A stretch of DNA of 64,000 bases, taken from the NCBI GenBank assembly GCA_039586755.1, contig JBDHJU010000029.1, positions 3,007 to 67,006 on the forward strand, in the 5' to 3' direction. The DNA comes from Gemmatimonadota bacterium (lineage in GTDB: Bacteria > Gemmatimonadota > Gemmatimonadetes > Palauibacterales > KS3-K002). The number at the start of each line of letters is the position of its first letter. Position 1 is the stretch's first letter. Position numbers and translations under genes: made by a program. The notes under the pieces are model-generated. The model was not told the origin of the DNA. It was given only the letters and a program-made list of their open reading frames with translations, and searched no databases. Below are positions 1 through 9,818 of this stretch, piece after piece.

Positions 1-513
1 CTTGGTCACCCTCTCGCCGCCGGCCACATCAACCGCGCGAGCGATACCGAAGTCTGCGAGGACCGCGTGGCCCTGCGAGAGCAGTATGTTCTCCGGCTTG
101 ATATCGCGGTGGACGACGCCCTGGGCGTGCGCGTAGGTCAGGGCTCCGGCAATTTCGCGTGTAATGGTGAGAGCATCATCCAGAGGAATCTGTTTCTCTC
201 GATCGAGGCGGGCGCGAAGCGATTCGCCCTCGATGTATGGCATTACGTAGTAAAGGAACCCATCCGACTGACCCGAGTCGTGAACGGGCAGTATATTGAT
301 ATGCTGGAGGTTTGCTTCGATTTGGATCTCGCGGAGAAAGCGCTCCGGTCCTACCGATGAAGCCAGGTCGGGTCTCAGGACCTTGATGGCCACGGGGCGG
401 CTGTGCTTCAGATCTTCCGCGAGGTAGACCGTTGCCATGCCACCGTGGCCGATCTCTCTTTCGACCCGATAGCTGTCGGCGACTGCTGAGCGCAGGCGAT
501 CAAGCTCGTCCAT
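1..513 (-). CDS. Ser/Thr protein kinase, N-terminal catalytic domain (C-terminus runs off window at position 1)
   Basis: Reverse-strand translation from ATG(513) gives MDELDRLRSAVADSYRVEREIGHGGMATVYLAEDLKH...VAIKVL...HRDIKPENILL...LADFGIARA. It has the canonical Gly-loop, VAIK, HRD and DFG motifs. The ORF is open to the window edge. Confidence 0.8.
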   Translation of the reverse strand, partial: MDELDRLRSAVADSYRVEREIGHGGMATVYLAEDLKHSRPVAIKVLRPDLASSVGPERFLREIQIEANLQHINILPVHDSGQSDGFLYYVMPYIEGESLRARLDREKQIPLDDALTITREIAGALTYAHAQGVVHRDIKPENILLSQGHAVLADFGIARAVDVAGGERVTK

Positions 514-773
514 CCCGGTGACAGATCCTCGGCCGGCTGGCACCCGGGCGGTGGCAGGGTAGGTGGAAGGGCTCCACTGCCAGATACCACCAGGCCGTTG
601 GAGTTTCGTTCACTTCCCTTGCCCAACGTCAGCTGCAAAAATATACCGATCGTGCCTGTGACAGACTAGTATCCATACCTGATCGTCATAGGCTGGCGAT
701 CCGTACCTATAGAAGCCAACTTGTGGTGGGTGGTGGCGTGGCGTCCAGCCTAAGGGATTGGAGTTTCCCCGCC

Positions 774-2756
774 ATGATTGAGCTGGCTACCCTCGGCGGT
801 GCCTTGATTCGGCGCGATGGTTCGGAGTTCACCGGGCTGTCGGCGCACAAACAGAAGATCGCTCTTCTCTCCTACCTTGCGGTTGAAGGTCCTGTACCGC
901 GCGAATGTCTCGTCACGGTTTTTTGGCCCGACCGCGAGCAGGAAAAAGCCAGCCATTCGCTCTCCCAGGCGCTCTACGCACTCAAGAGAGAGGTCGGCAA
1001 AGAGATAGTCGGCGTCGCAGGCGAAGTGATCGACCTGATGTCGGAGTCCGTCTCCGTAGACATAAGGGAGATGCAAGCTGCAGGGCAAAAGGAGTGCTGG
1101 GAAGGCGTCGTTGGGCTCTATCGGGGAGCGTTCCTCGAAGGCTTCCATCTCCCGAAGGTGCCGGCTTTCGACGAGTGGCAGACGCGCACCCGGGCGTGGG
1201 TATGGAGTATGGCACGTAAGGCGTTCGGGAAGGTCATCGGGTCGCGCGCGGCAGCCGGTGATGTGGCGGGAGCGCTCGACATAGCCTGGCGTTGGGCGCG
1301 ACTCGAGCCGTTGGAGGACGAGGCGCAGCACGCACTTATCGCGCTGTTGGCGATGCACGGCGACCGGGTGGTGGCTCTGGAACAATACGATGCGTTCCGG
1401 GCACGCATGGTGGCTGAGTTCGAGGTGGAGCCGCTGCAGAACACGGTGGCGCTGGTGGAAGGCATCCGAGCGGGCGTGCGGCCAACGAGTCCGCTGATCG
1501 ACGAGGCACCGCTGGAATCAGTGGAGAGCCGCCCCGGGGTCGCGCCGATGAGCGGAACGGCGCCAGAAGTCGCCGCGGTGGTACCGCAGACGGAAGCCGA
1601 TGTCGAGCAGCTCTTGAGAGAAGAACTGGGGCCGAGCCTCGAGATCATTCGTAAGCTGGCAGAAGGCACCACCTCCACGGTCTACCTCGCCCATGAGCCA
1701 GCGTACCGGCGCTACGTTGCGGTCAAGGTCTTTTTGCCGAAGCTCGCCCCGGATCGTCGCGCGCGCCTGCGCTTCGGGCGTGAGGTGTTAGCCATCGGTT
1801 CTCTCACACACCCGAACGTCGTGGGGCTTTACTGGGGGGGAGCCCTGTCGAACGGGCTGCCGTACTTCGTCATGCAGTACGTCCCGGGCCCGTCGATGGC
1901 GCACAAGCTGAAGACACAAGGGAGGCTCCAAGTTTCCGATGCTCGCAAAGTGCTGGCGGGGATCGCTTGGGCGCTTGCCGCGGCGCACAGGCGCGCAATA
2001 GTGCACCGTGACGTCCAGCCGGGGAACGTACTCTGCGATGAGGACACCCAGCGCTGTCTTCTGGTCGACTTCGGAATCGCATCGATTCTGGCCACGGCGG
2101 AAGAACGGCCGGTGAGCATCACCGAGTCGGGTGAGCTGGTCGGCGATCCCGCCTGGATGAGCCCGGAACAGGTCAAAGCAGAGGAGGTCACGGGGCGGAG
2201 CGACGTCTACAGCCTGGGATTGCTGGGATACGCGCTGTTGGCGGAAGAGGGACCGTACATAGTGAAGTCGAGGGCGGATTGGTACGCTGCCCACGTCAAG
2301 CACGAGCCGCGGAGATTGTCCCAGCTCCGCCCCGAGGTCGACCCGGATCTGGACGATTTGCTCCTCGAGTGCCTGGCCAAGGACCCGCGGGATAGACCGA
2401 GCGCGGCCCGAGTCGCTGAACGGCTCACGTCACCTGTGCAAGAACGCCGTTTGGCACCTAGTTGGCTCCAACGGCTAATCGAGCGTCGCGTGCCGCACTA
2501 CGTTGGCGTGTACCTGGCGGCCGGCTTCGGGCTGTTCGAGCTGACCGATATCGCAATCGGGTGGCAGACTCTTCCGAGGTATGCCATGCCCCTCTACCTG
2601 GCCTCTTATTTCCTCGGTGTTCCCGTCGTTTCGATTGTGACGTGGTTTCACGGTAAGAAGGGCCCCCAGAAGGCCGAGAAGGTCGAGTTGGTGCTGCTAG
2701 GGGCAGCGCTCCTGCTCTGGGTCGTGGTCGGTGCGGCCATCCTGTCTTTGTTCTAG
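774..2756 (+). CDS. Membrane-anchored SARP-family (OmpR/PhoB-type winged-helix + BTAD) regulator fused to a degenerate Ser/Thr (pseudo)kinase domain and C-terminal 3-TM anchor
   Basis: N-terminus MIELATLGGALIRRDGSEFTGLSAHKQKIALLSYLAVEG...VFWPD...LSQALYALKREVG...VDIREMQ matches the SARP DNA-binding pattern, followed by a BTAD-like helical region. The kinase-like core has VAVKV and DFG, but the Gly-loop is degenerate (LAEGTTSTV) and the catalytic loop reads HRDVQPGN in place of HRDxKPxN. The C-terminus has 3 hydrophobic helices. The ORF track starts at 723 (GTG). ATG 774 was chosen because SARP proteins begin near the LGPL motif. Confidence 0.7.
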   Translation: MIELATLGGALIRRDGSEFTGLSAHKQKIALLSYLAVEGPVPRECLVTVFWPDREQEKASHSLSQALYALKREVGKEIVGVAGEVIDLMSESVSVDIREMQAAGQKECWEGVVGLYRGAFLEGFHLPKVPAFDEWQTRTRAWVWSMARKAFGKVIGSRAAAGDVAGALDIAWRWARLEPLEDEAQHALIALLAMHGDRVVALEQYDAFRARMVAEFEVEPLQNTVALVEGIRAGVRPTSPLIDEAPLESVESRPGVAPMSGTAPEVAAVVPQTEADVEQLLREELGPSLEIIRKLAEGTTSTVYLAHEPAYRRYVAVKVFLPKLAPDRRARLRFGREVLAIGSLTHPNVVGLYWGGALSNGLPYFVMQYVPGPSMAHKLKTQGRLQVSDARKVLAGIAWALAAAHRRAIVHRDVQPGNVLCDEDTQRCLLVDFGIASILATAEERPVSITESGELVGDPAWMSPEQVKAEEVTGRSDVYSLGLLGYALLAEEGPYIVKSRADWYAAHVKHEPRRLSQLRPEVDPDLDDLLLECLAKDPRDRPSAARVAERLTSPVQERRLAPSWLQRLIERRVPHYVGVYLAAGFGLFELTDIAIGWQTLPRYAMPLYLASYFLGVPVVSIVTWFHGKKGPQKAEKVELVLLGAALLLWVVVGAAILSLF

Positions 2757-2759
2757 GAG

Positions 2760-3269
2760 AAGACGCCAAGAATCCCGCCGATGCGAGGGATTTCGCGATC
2801 GCCGACGCGGCGATCTTCACCCGGGGGTTGAATCGTGAGAAGAAGCTCGCGGACTAGATCGCGCCGCTGGATCTGGCCGGTTCCCTCACGAAAGTCGCCG
2901 ACAACACGGAGGCGCTGGAGAAGCTATTCAAACAGGACCCGGACAAGATCCGCGACGCCAAGGTCTACTACAGCGTAGCCGAGACCTCGACTCACTACTT
3001 CCTCGTTTATGCCGCCTATCATTGGGGCCCACCGCTTCAGGCGCTCAGTGTTCAGGCCGAACAATGACGGCAAGTGGGGGTTCGTGTATCGAGACAAGAA
3101 CAAGCTAAAGGGCGGGGCGGCCAATCCGCTCTGGTCGTGGAACGACCGTAACGACACCAGTCCATTCGGTGAGATCGCCGCCGATCCCGCTCGCTTCATT
3201 ATTCGGTACGCGCAGGGCTGGGGACCGGTGAGCACCCACTACACGCACAATCCTCATCTAAATGTCTAG
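2760..3269 (+). pseudogene. Possible gene remnant: one reading frame interrupted by an in-frame TAG (2856-2858) and then a frameshift near 3010-3066
   Basis: Frame 1 reads EDAKNPADARDFAIADAAIFTRGLNREKKLAD*IAPLDLAGSLTKVADNTEALEKLFKQDPDKIRDAKVYYSVAETSTHYFLVYAAYHWG. Coding-like sequence then continues in another frame, as MPPIIGAHRF...GKWGFVYRDKNKLKGGAANPLWSWNDRNDTSPFGEIAADPARFIIRYAQGWGPVSTHYTHNPHLNV. There is no clean start, and the local GC is lower. Confidence 0.3.
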
Positions 3270-3395
3270 CGGAAGTAAGCCGCTCCACGCTTCGGGAGAT
3301 GCCGGCTCTGCGCAGCCGGAACGCCTGGAGAAGCACGGCGAAGAAAGAGAGGGCAGCTCCGGACTGCCCTCTCCGAACCCGCATCAACAGGCAGT

Positions 3396-3686
3396 TCATT
3401 CATCGACGATCAACTCCGGGTCATCCTCGTACCATGTGTCACCCCTAAACAACCTCACCACGTACTTGATCCGCTGACCCGGAGATGCGTTGTAAGTGAA
3501 TTTGACCTTTGGCGAATTCTTGTTCGCTGTCTTTGGATGCACGGGGTCTCGGGCCTCGAAGATGACCTCCCAGTCATCGTTATCTTTGGCATCCCATTTG
3601 GCCGTTCCTTTCGCAGGTGCGGGGTTAGGGTCGCACACTGGCAACTTGTGCTTACTGCCTTCCAGGCGAATCTGAATCGTAGCCAT
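3396..3686 (-). CDS. Hypothetical small protein (96 aa), lower-GC orphan
   Basis: ATG at 3684-3686 is preceded by GGGAGG (RBS) with a 5-nt spacer. Product is MATIQIRLEGSKHKLPVCDPNPAPAKGTAKWDAKDNDDWEVIFEARDPVHPK...YVVRLFRGDTWYEDDPELIVDE. No family was recognised. Confidence 0.55.
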   Translation of the reverse strand: MATIQIRLEGSKHKLPVCDPNPAPAKGTAKWDAKDNDDWEVIFEARDPVHPKTANKNSPKVKFTYNASPGQRIKYVVRLFRGDTWYEDDPELIVDE

Positions 3687-3986
3687 GGTAACCTCCCTGC
3701 TGTTGGCCGCATTGTACGGCTTGTTTATGGCGGCAACTGGTGTAGGCCGCCAACTCAGTCGCATATTTGGGGCGGAGCGAACCACGATTCGTCAGGGTAC
3801 CAGGTCGCTGTGGCACACCTGGAGCGGGGTTCCGATAGGTATGAGTGCTGCAGAGAATCGGCACTGCTCAGGTTGTCCTGGTTCTGAACATCAACGGACA
3901 CGACCCAGGACCCAACCCCTATCCAGACTACGGATCCGCGACGCGGGGCACGGGCGACCGCGGCGCGCGTGTACACTGCTCGCTGT

Positions 3987-6476
3987 CTATTCTGCCACTA
4001 AGCCTTTGAATCTCGAGTCTTCTCTGAGTGGCTTAAACCACCAGTCCTTGGCAATTCGCGATCTCCTGGCGGGTTGTGCGTTGAGGTAGCGTTCGAGTAG
4101 GCGAAGCGTCTCCTCGACCTCGCCGAATTGCAGCCGGGCGTTTGCCTCGTGGTAGTCGAGTCGGGGATTCTCCTCGGGAGAAGCGGCTCGCGCTCGACCG
4201 ATCACAGCCCGGGCGCTGTCCTCCAAACCCGCCCGAGCCAGGACCGCGGCTACATCCATATCTACCCAGAGGCGGGTCCCTGCCCGCCGCTGCGGCCTCA
4301 TTAACTGAACGAGCGTATCGGCTAGTCCCCACGCCCGGTTGACATCGGGAAAGACCCCCACCACATCGGATGCCAGTACGGTAAGCTCGACATGAACGAA
4401 AGTCGGATTAGCGGGAAAACGCAGACGGCCCTCTTCAATGCACCAGTGACTGACTTCCTGGAACTGCTCGAGCTCGAGCACGGCCTGGCATAGCCGTATC
4501 ATGGTGATCGCATCGTTGTGCAGCCAAACATCCTCCTCGAGTGCTCGCTCCGCCGCGGACTTGGCCCGCTCGAAATTCCCCCTCTCCCAATAGACGTAGC
4601 TCAGGCGGCTCCAAGCCGCCGCGAGGGACGGCTTTAACCCAACCGCCTGTTCCAGGTCGCTCTGAGCGCCCTCCCATAAGCGCGCCATCTCTTCGGGATC
4701 GCCCGAGTTCTCGGCAAGATAAATTCGCAGATTACCGCGGAGTTGAAATGCTCTGGCATCGGACGGGTCGGTTTCGAGAGCGCGCTCCGCGTGACCCATT
4801 CCGAGGTGAGTCCAGTCGGCATCGTAGGTGCGCATGACGCCGGTGAGTCCCGCACGGTCGGCTGCCATCCAGCCCCGTTCCACGATGGGATCGCTCCATT
4901 CCGGGTCGCCGGATTCCGCCAGCGCGAGCAGCGAATCGGCCTGTTCTAGAGCCACCATTGCACCACTGCTGTCACCGGCAGTTCGGCGAGACCATGCCTG
5001 CTCCCTGAATGCTCTGGCCTCGAAAAAGTTCTCGAGGCACTGGGCACACGTGGTCACGGCCTCTGCTTCGATCCGCTCGATCCTGCTCCCCAGCTGCCTA
5101 CGAAGCAACCGGCCGACCTCTTCGGCGAGATCGCGCAACAGCAAGGCTTCCTCGGCCCGCGGTCTTGTCAGGGGGTCGATATTCGCAGTCCGCACGCGAG
5201 AGGCGGCGTCGGTCAAACCGGCCGACACTTCGATCTGCTGATCGGTTACGCCCACGCTGCCTCCGATCAGCATGTCGAGTCCGTGCCGCGCCACTATGCT
5301 GTCGACAGGAAAGCCCTCTCTGTCATAGCGGTGCATCGACTCCGGTGAGACTACGGCAAGTCCGCGAATGGCTCCGAGGTACTCGGCCAGGTAGTATGTA
5401 AAGCCTGCGGCCAAATGACTCGCGCCGTCCGCGCCGAACTCTTGAAAGGGAAGCACCGCGATGGTGGCAACCGGTGAGCTGCTTCGGCCAAGGATCCCGC
5501 CCTCTCTGAACAGCTTGTCGATCGCGTACGCCCCGCCAATCAGCAGCAGTGCGATAACGGCCCCGTAGGCGAACTGGCGCCGGCGGCGCAGGCGCGTCAC
5601 CCAGCGCCGCCAGACTGCGGCACGGAGCCGGCGCCGCGGCGCCACATGGGCCGTCAGCGACTGCGAGAATTGCTCGGCGGAGGGGAGCCGCTCGTCGGGC
5701 GAATTCGCGAGCGCGGTGCGTACGACGCGCTCGAGCCAGGGCGGTGTCTCCGGCCTGACTTCGCGCAGCGGCGGCGGTGCCTCGGTCAAGTGCTGGGCGA
5801 TAACGGCCTGAAGGGTGCGGCCGCTGAACGGCGGCTTGCCGGTGACCATCTCTTGGAGCACACAACCCAACGCGAAGATGTCGGTTCGGGCGTCCAGGTC
5901 GTGCTCGCCCGTCGCCTGCTCGGGACTCATATAAGAGGGGGTGCCGACGACGAAGCCGCTGGCGGTGAGCGTGCCACCGCCCGCCGCGGTGACGGCGCGC
6001 GCGATCCCGAAATCGGCGACCACCGCCTCGCCTTCCTCCAAGAGGATGTTCTCCGGCTTGATGTCCCGGTGAACGATGCCCCGCTTGTGAGCGTAGCCCA
6101 GCGCGTCCGCCGCCTGCCGTGCGATCTGGATCGCGTCCTCCAGCGGCAGCTGCTTCTCTCTCTTTAGCCGATCCCGTAGCGACTCACCCTCCACGTACGG
6201 CATGACGTAGTAGAGGAAGCCGTCGGATTGGCCGGAGTCATAGAGTGGAAGGATATGCGGGTGGGTCATCTTCGCCGCGATTTCGATCTCACGCAGGAAC
6301 CGCTCGCTGCCCAGGCTGGCCGCGCAGTCGCTCTTTAGAACCTTGAGGGCGACCAAGCGGTCATGCTTGAGGTCGCGGGCCAGGTAGACCGTCGCCATAC
6401 CGCCACTGCCCAGCGGTCGCTCGATGGGATAGCGGTCCGCTAGTGCCGAGCGCAGGTCGTCGGGCACCTGCGTCAT
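3987..6476 (-). CDS. Ser/Thr protein kinase with single TM segment and C-terminal TPR-repeat sensor domain
   Basis: MTQVPDDLRSALADRYPIERPLGSGGMATVYLARDLKHDRLVALKVL...HRDIKPENILL...ADFGIARA...GTPSYMSPEQ. It has a TM helix FAYGAVIALLLIGGAYAI and TPR-like helical repeats in the C-terminal half. The ORF track extends to 6599. ATG 6474-6476 was chosen because it is about 20 aa before the Gly-loop. Confidence 0.85.
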   Translation of the reverse strand: MTQVPDDLRSALADRYPIERPLGSGGMATVYLARDLKHDRLVALKVLKSDCAASLGSERFLREIEIAAKMTHPHILPLYDSGQSDGFLYYVMPYVEGESLRDRLKREKQLPLEDAIQIARQAADALGYAHKRGIVHRDIKPENILLEEGEAVVADFGIARAVTAAGGGTLTASGFVVGTPSYMSPEQATGEHDLDARTDIFALGCVLQEMVTGKPPFSGRTLQAVIAQHLTEAPPPLREVRPETPPWLERVVRTALANSPDERLPSAEQFSQSLTAHVAPRRRLRAAVWRRWVTRLRRRRQFAYGAVIALLLIGGAYAIDKLFREGGILGRSSSPVATIAVLPFQEFGADGASHLAAGFTYYLAEYLGAIRGLAVVSPESMHRYDREGFPVDSIVARHGLDMLIGGSVGVTDQQIEVSAGLTDAASRVRTANIDPLTRPRAEEALLLRDLAEEVGRLLRRQLGSRIERIEAEAVTTCAQCLENFFEARAFREQAWSRRTAGDSSGAMVALEQADSLLALAESGDPEWSDPIVERGWMAADRAGLTGVMRTYDADWTHLGMGHAERALETDPSDARAFQLRGNLRIYLAENSGDPEEMARLWEGAQSDLEQAVGLKPSLAAAWSRLSYVYWERGNFERAKSAAERALEEDVWLHNDAITMIRLCQAVLELEQFQEVSHWCIEEGRLRFPANPTFVHVELTVLASDVVGVFPDVNRAWGLADTLVQLMRPQRRAGTRLWVDMDVAAVLARAGLEDSARAVIGRARAASPEENPRLDYHEANARLQFGEVEETLRLLERYLNAQPARRSRIAKDWWFKPLREDSRFKGLVAE

Positions 6477-6840
6477 GGTAGCCACTCCGACCTGGAGCGC
6501 TGCGGGAGGGCGCAATGGTTGACAGGCGCAGGGCGCTGATGCGGTAGGTGGGTCCGTGGGTACGACAATACCACGGCTGAAGCCCGGTTTTGGGGACACT
6601 CACGTCTGAGCCTCAGCCCTTCCCCGTGACTCTATTATTCTGCCTGTTCTCCGGAGACGCAACCAGATCGAGTATTCCCTTGGAAACAGCCCTCCTCTTG
6701 CGCCCGGACGGTTTGACATACCCAACGGGCTTCCGTCCGCAATCGCGAGGACCGCTCATGCGTGGGCTCGGCGACGATGCGTCGTCCGTACGCGCCGCGG
6801 CGCTGGCCCTCGGTAGCATGCACTAGTTAAAGCGTCGCAG

Positions 6841-6890
6841 GCGCGAAAAAAGAAAGGGGCCACCCCGAACTCATCAGGGTGACCCCTTTG
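6841..6890 (-). terminator. Rho-independent terminator downstream of cspA (minus strand)
   Basis: On the minus-strand RNA, GGGGUCACCC-11 nt loop-GGGUGGCCCC forms a 10-bp stem with one G.U pair, followed by UUUCUUUUUUCGCGC. It lies immediately 3' of the csp stop codon. Confidence 0.7.
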
Positions 6891-6911
6891 TCGTGGCTGT
6901 GTCGAGCGGTT

Positions 6912-7124
6912 TTAGCTGCCCAGTTTCACCACGTTCTGAGCGGCCGGGCCCTTGTCGCCCTGCACGATGTCGAACTCCACACGCTCACCCTCGGCGAGGC
7001 TCTTGAAGCCGTCGGCCTGGATGGCAGTGTGATGGACGAAGCAATCCTTCTGCCCGTCCTCGGGCGTGATGAACCCGAAGCCCTTGCTGTCGTTGAACCA
7101 CTTGACTGTGCCAGTCGTACGCAT
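6912..7124 (-). CDS. cspA: Cold-shock protein (CspA family)
   Basis: [68 protein letters not shown]. This is a full-length 70-aa S1-like cold-shock domain with the RNP1/RNP2 motifs. Confidence 0.95.
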   Translation of the reverse strand: MRTTGTVKWFNDSKGFGFITPEDGQKDCFVHHTAIQADGFKSLAEGERVEFDIVQGDKGPAAQNVVKLGS

Positions 7125-7470
7125 CTGCCGTACTCCTTTGTTCGTTCTTGTAATCGGAGTCCGGCTTTGCCGTACGTACCGACTACACGTTCTGCGCGGA
7201 CCTTAGCCCCCGCGCTGGGCATGCAAAACGAGGGGCCTGTGCGTTTGAACCAGGTCCCTCGAGTGTTCGCTGGTAATCTCAACGGCGCATAAGCATAGCA
7301 CTATATCCGGTGCTGTCAACAGGCCGCCTAGACAGGAAACAGGCGTTGTGCTAGCTTCAGTCACCTGCATTTATGCCGATCGCGCAGGTCGCCCGGAAAC
7401 CGCCAATCGGTCACGGGATCCGAGCTTTGGCTGGGTCCTGTGTTTTTATGCTTATCTGAAAGGGTGGGTC

Positions 7471-7665
7471 ATGGTCGAGGTGAGGCTGGAAGAAGGCGAC
7501 AACATCGAGTGGGCGCTCAAGACGTTTCGCCGCAAGGTGATCCGCTCCGGGCTGTTCAAGGATATGAAGAAGCGGCGCTACTACGAGAAGCCTAGCGCGG
7601 CCAAGAAGCGGAAGGCCGCGGCGGCGCGGCGGAGAAACGCCCGCGCCCGCCGGCGACCTCGGTAG
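7471..7665 (+). CDS. rpsU: 30S ribosomal protein S21
   Basis: MVEVRLEEGDNIEWALKTFRRKVIRSGLFKDMKKRRYYEKPSAAKKRKAAAARRR... matches S21 (the RRFKR / YYEKPS / Lys-Arg tail pattern). An AAGGGTGGG RBS-like sequence lies upstream. The ORF track's GTG 7348 start would add an implausible 41-aa extension. Confidence 0.85.
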   Translation: MVEVRLEEGDNIEWALKTFRRKVIRSGLFKDMKKRRYYEKPSAAKKRKAAAARRRNARARRRPR

Positions 7666-7669
7666 GGGG

Positions 7670-8710
7670 CTAGCGGCGCAACTCCCTCAGCCACTCCTCA
7701 AGCATGTCCAAGTACTGCGGCGCGTAGTTCGCCCAGCCCCGGCGGCCCCTTCGCCTTCGCTCTTCCAGGCAGCCGGTCTCCGATAAAATGATGTTATGGT
7801 CGGCGCCCCGGATCAGCTCGACGCGGAAGTTCGGGTTCCCGGCGCGCTCCAACAACGCTAGGTAGGCCTCCGCGCCCTGGAGCGGATCGGCCTGCGTGTC
7901 CAGCTCGCCGAAGAAGGCCAGCACGGGGATCTGGATTCCCTCGATCGCCGCCAGAGGATCGCGATAATACTCGCCGTTTAAGTCGTCCGCGTGCCATTCC
8001 GACTCCGGCCGCGGCTCGACGCTGAAGCCCAGCAACGTCATCTGTGCCAGGACCGGATGTTTTGCCTGTCCTGCCTTGTACCCGAGGTACTCGTCGTACG
8101 TCTGCGCGCGACCGGCTCCGTCGATCAGACGCTCGACCTCTTCTTTGTCATCGGCGGGGAGCCCGGCGCAAACCGCCTGCGCGGTTAGCAGGAAGACGCC
8201 CTGGTCGGCGCCTGCTTCGCCAGGGCAAGAGACCGCGATCATGAACGCGATGTTGTCGCTAAGCGAGAGCACTCGCGGCATCACGTAGCCCGCCTGACTG
8301 ATCCCCCAGAGTCCGATCATCTCGGCGTCTATGTCAGGGCGATCCTCGAGGAGCGCGATCGCGTCGAGAACGATCTGGGCCCGCTCCTCGACCAGGCGAC
8401 CCCGGTCGATGCGGCCGGTCGATTCGCCGGTGCCCGGCTTGTCCCAGGCGAAGGTCGCATAGCCGGCCCGCTGCATGCGCTCCATGATCGGCGGGTACGT
8501 CACTCCCGAGGTGCGGTTGTTCGGTCCGTCCCCGTGCACGAAGAGGACGACGGGATATGGACCGCTCCCTCCCGGCAGCTTGAGATCGCCCACGACCTTG
8601 AACGGCCCGGAGTGAAAGACGAGTTCCTCGGTCCGGGGCTCCTGGTCCCGCCCCGAGCAGGCGACTAGCAGTCCGATGATCAACGCTACTACTAACATGC
8701 CGCACCTCAT
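7670..8710 (-). CDS. Alpha/beta-hydrolase fold lipoprotein (dienelactone hydrolase/peptidase S9-like)
   Basis: Signal peptide plus lipobox (LLVACSG). Hydrolase motifs VVLFVHGDGPNN and the nucleophile elbow GLWGISQAGY (GxSxG). There is a C-terminal Asp/His region. Confidence 0.75.
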   Translation of the reverse strand: MRCGMLVVALIIGLLVACSGRDQEPRTEELVFHSGPFKVVGDLKLPGGSGPYPVVLFVHGDGPNNRTSGVTYPPIMERMQRAGYATFAWDKPGTGESTGRIDRGRLVEERAQIVLDAIALLEDRPDIDAEMIGLWGISQAGYVMPRVLSLSDNIAFMIAVSCPGEAGADQGVFLLTAQAVCAGLPADDKEEVERLIDGAGRAQTYDEYLGYKAGQAKHPVLAQMTLLGFSVEPRPESEWHADDLNGEYYRDPLAAIEGIQIPVLAFFGELDTQADPLQGAEAYLALLERAGNPNFRVELIRGADHNIILSETGCLEERRRRGRRGWANYAPQYLDMLEEWLRELRR

Positions 8711-8986
8711 TCTTGATCGTGTCTAACGCACGGAAATCGTCGCCCGCCCTATTTGGCAGAGGCCGTGCCATTCGAGCCTCTCCCGTAACTCGTTGACTGG
8801 AATGACCTTGCGTGGCCGGGCGATGTGACGTCGGACCGGCAGGCTGACCGCCTGCGGGACGGACTTTTCCCGATTCTGGGAAGCCCGGAAGATTCGGCGC
8901 GGAGCGGGGCTTGAGCGACCACACCACACCGGTTAACGTTGGGCGCGCGACTGGAACGTGAGACCCCAACCACAAGGAGTACCGCC

Positions 8987-9805
8987 ATGCTCGGCAAGGC
9001 GATCCGCGTAGCTCTGCAGTCCCTTTTCCTCACTCTTGTACTCGCCCCAGGGGCCGCCGGCCAATCGGCGGCGGATGTGCTCGAGACCGCCATGGCGCGG
9101 TTCGAGGAGCGTACCTCCGGGATCGACAACTACACCGTCGTCATGGACGTGATGGGGTACGAGGTCGTCAACTACTTCGAGAAAGAGATAATCGACGGGC
9201 GGCCGACCTTTGTCCTCAGGAACCGCAGCGGCTCCGAGCAGCAGGGGGCCGGTCTGTTCTACAACGGCTTCCTGCAGGTGGCCGATCGCGCGGCCCTGGC
9301 GGGTAGGCAGTCGGTGAACGGATACGACTGTCACATCGTGAGGGTCGACGACTTCAGCGGGGTCGACCTCGATCCCGAAACGCCCGACGATCAGGAAGAC
9401 TTCAAGCCGCGCGAAGGCACGTTCTTCCTCGATGCCGGCCAATACCTACTCCGTGGCGTGGAGATGGAGGGCGACTTCCAGCGAGATGGGCGTTGGCACC
9501 CGACCACCATCAAGATCGACCTCAAGGACTATCGCGAGACCGACGGAATGCTCCACCCGTACCTGCTCGAGATGTCCGTCACCGGTCTGGACAACGCGAT
9601 GAGCGAGGAGGAGATGCAGCAGGCTCGCGAGTCGCTGGAAGAGATGAAGCGGCAAATGGAGGAGATGCCCGCCAACCAGCGCGCGGCCGTGGAGCGGATG
9701 ATGGGGCCGCGCATGGAAGAGTTGGAGCGCATGCTGAACTCGGGCAGCATCCAGGTGACCACCCGGGTGACGGAGCTCAAGGTCAACTCCGGCCCGCCCA
9801 ACTAG
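8987..9805 (+). CDS. Secreted hypothetical protein (signal peptide; C-terminal Met/Glu-rich coiled segment)
   Basis: ATG 8987 gives MLGKAIRVALQSLFLTLVLAPGAAGQSAADV..., a typical Sec signal. The C-terminal end is MSEEEMQQARESLEEMKRQMEEMPANQRAAVERMMGPRMEELERM. No family was assigned. Confidence 0.6.
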   Translation: MLGKAIRVALQSLFLTLVLAPGAAGQSAADVLETAMARFEERTSGIDNYTVVMDVMGYEVVNYFEKEIIDGRPTFVLRNRSGSEQQGAGLFYNGFLQVADRAALAGRQSVNGYDCHIVRVDDFSGVDLDPETPDDQEDFKPREGTFFLDAGQYLLRGVEMEGDFQRDGRWHPTTIKIDLKDYRETDGMLHPYLLEMSVTGLDNAMSEEEMQQARESLEEMKRQMEEMPANQRAAVERMMGPRMEELERMLNSGSIQVTTRVTELKVNSGPPN

Positions 9806-9818
9806 CCGAGAACCGAGG

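Noticed and set aside
8723-9442. Overlapping ORFs at 8749..9129, 8933..9442 and 8334..8975 on the minus strand
   Set aside because: They are antisense to the secreted-protein gene (8987-9805) or lie in the divergent promoter region, and have no motifs.
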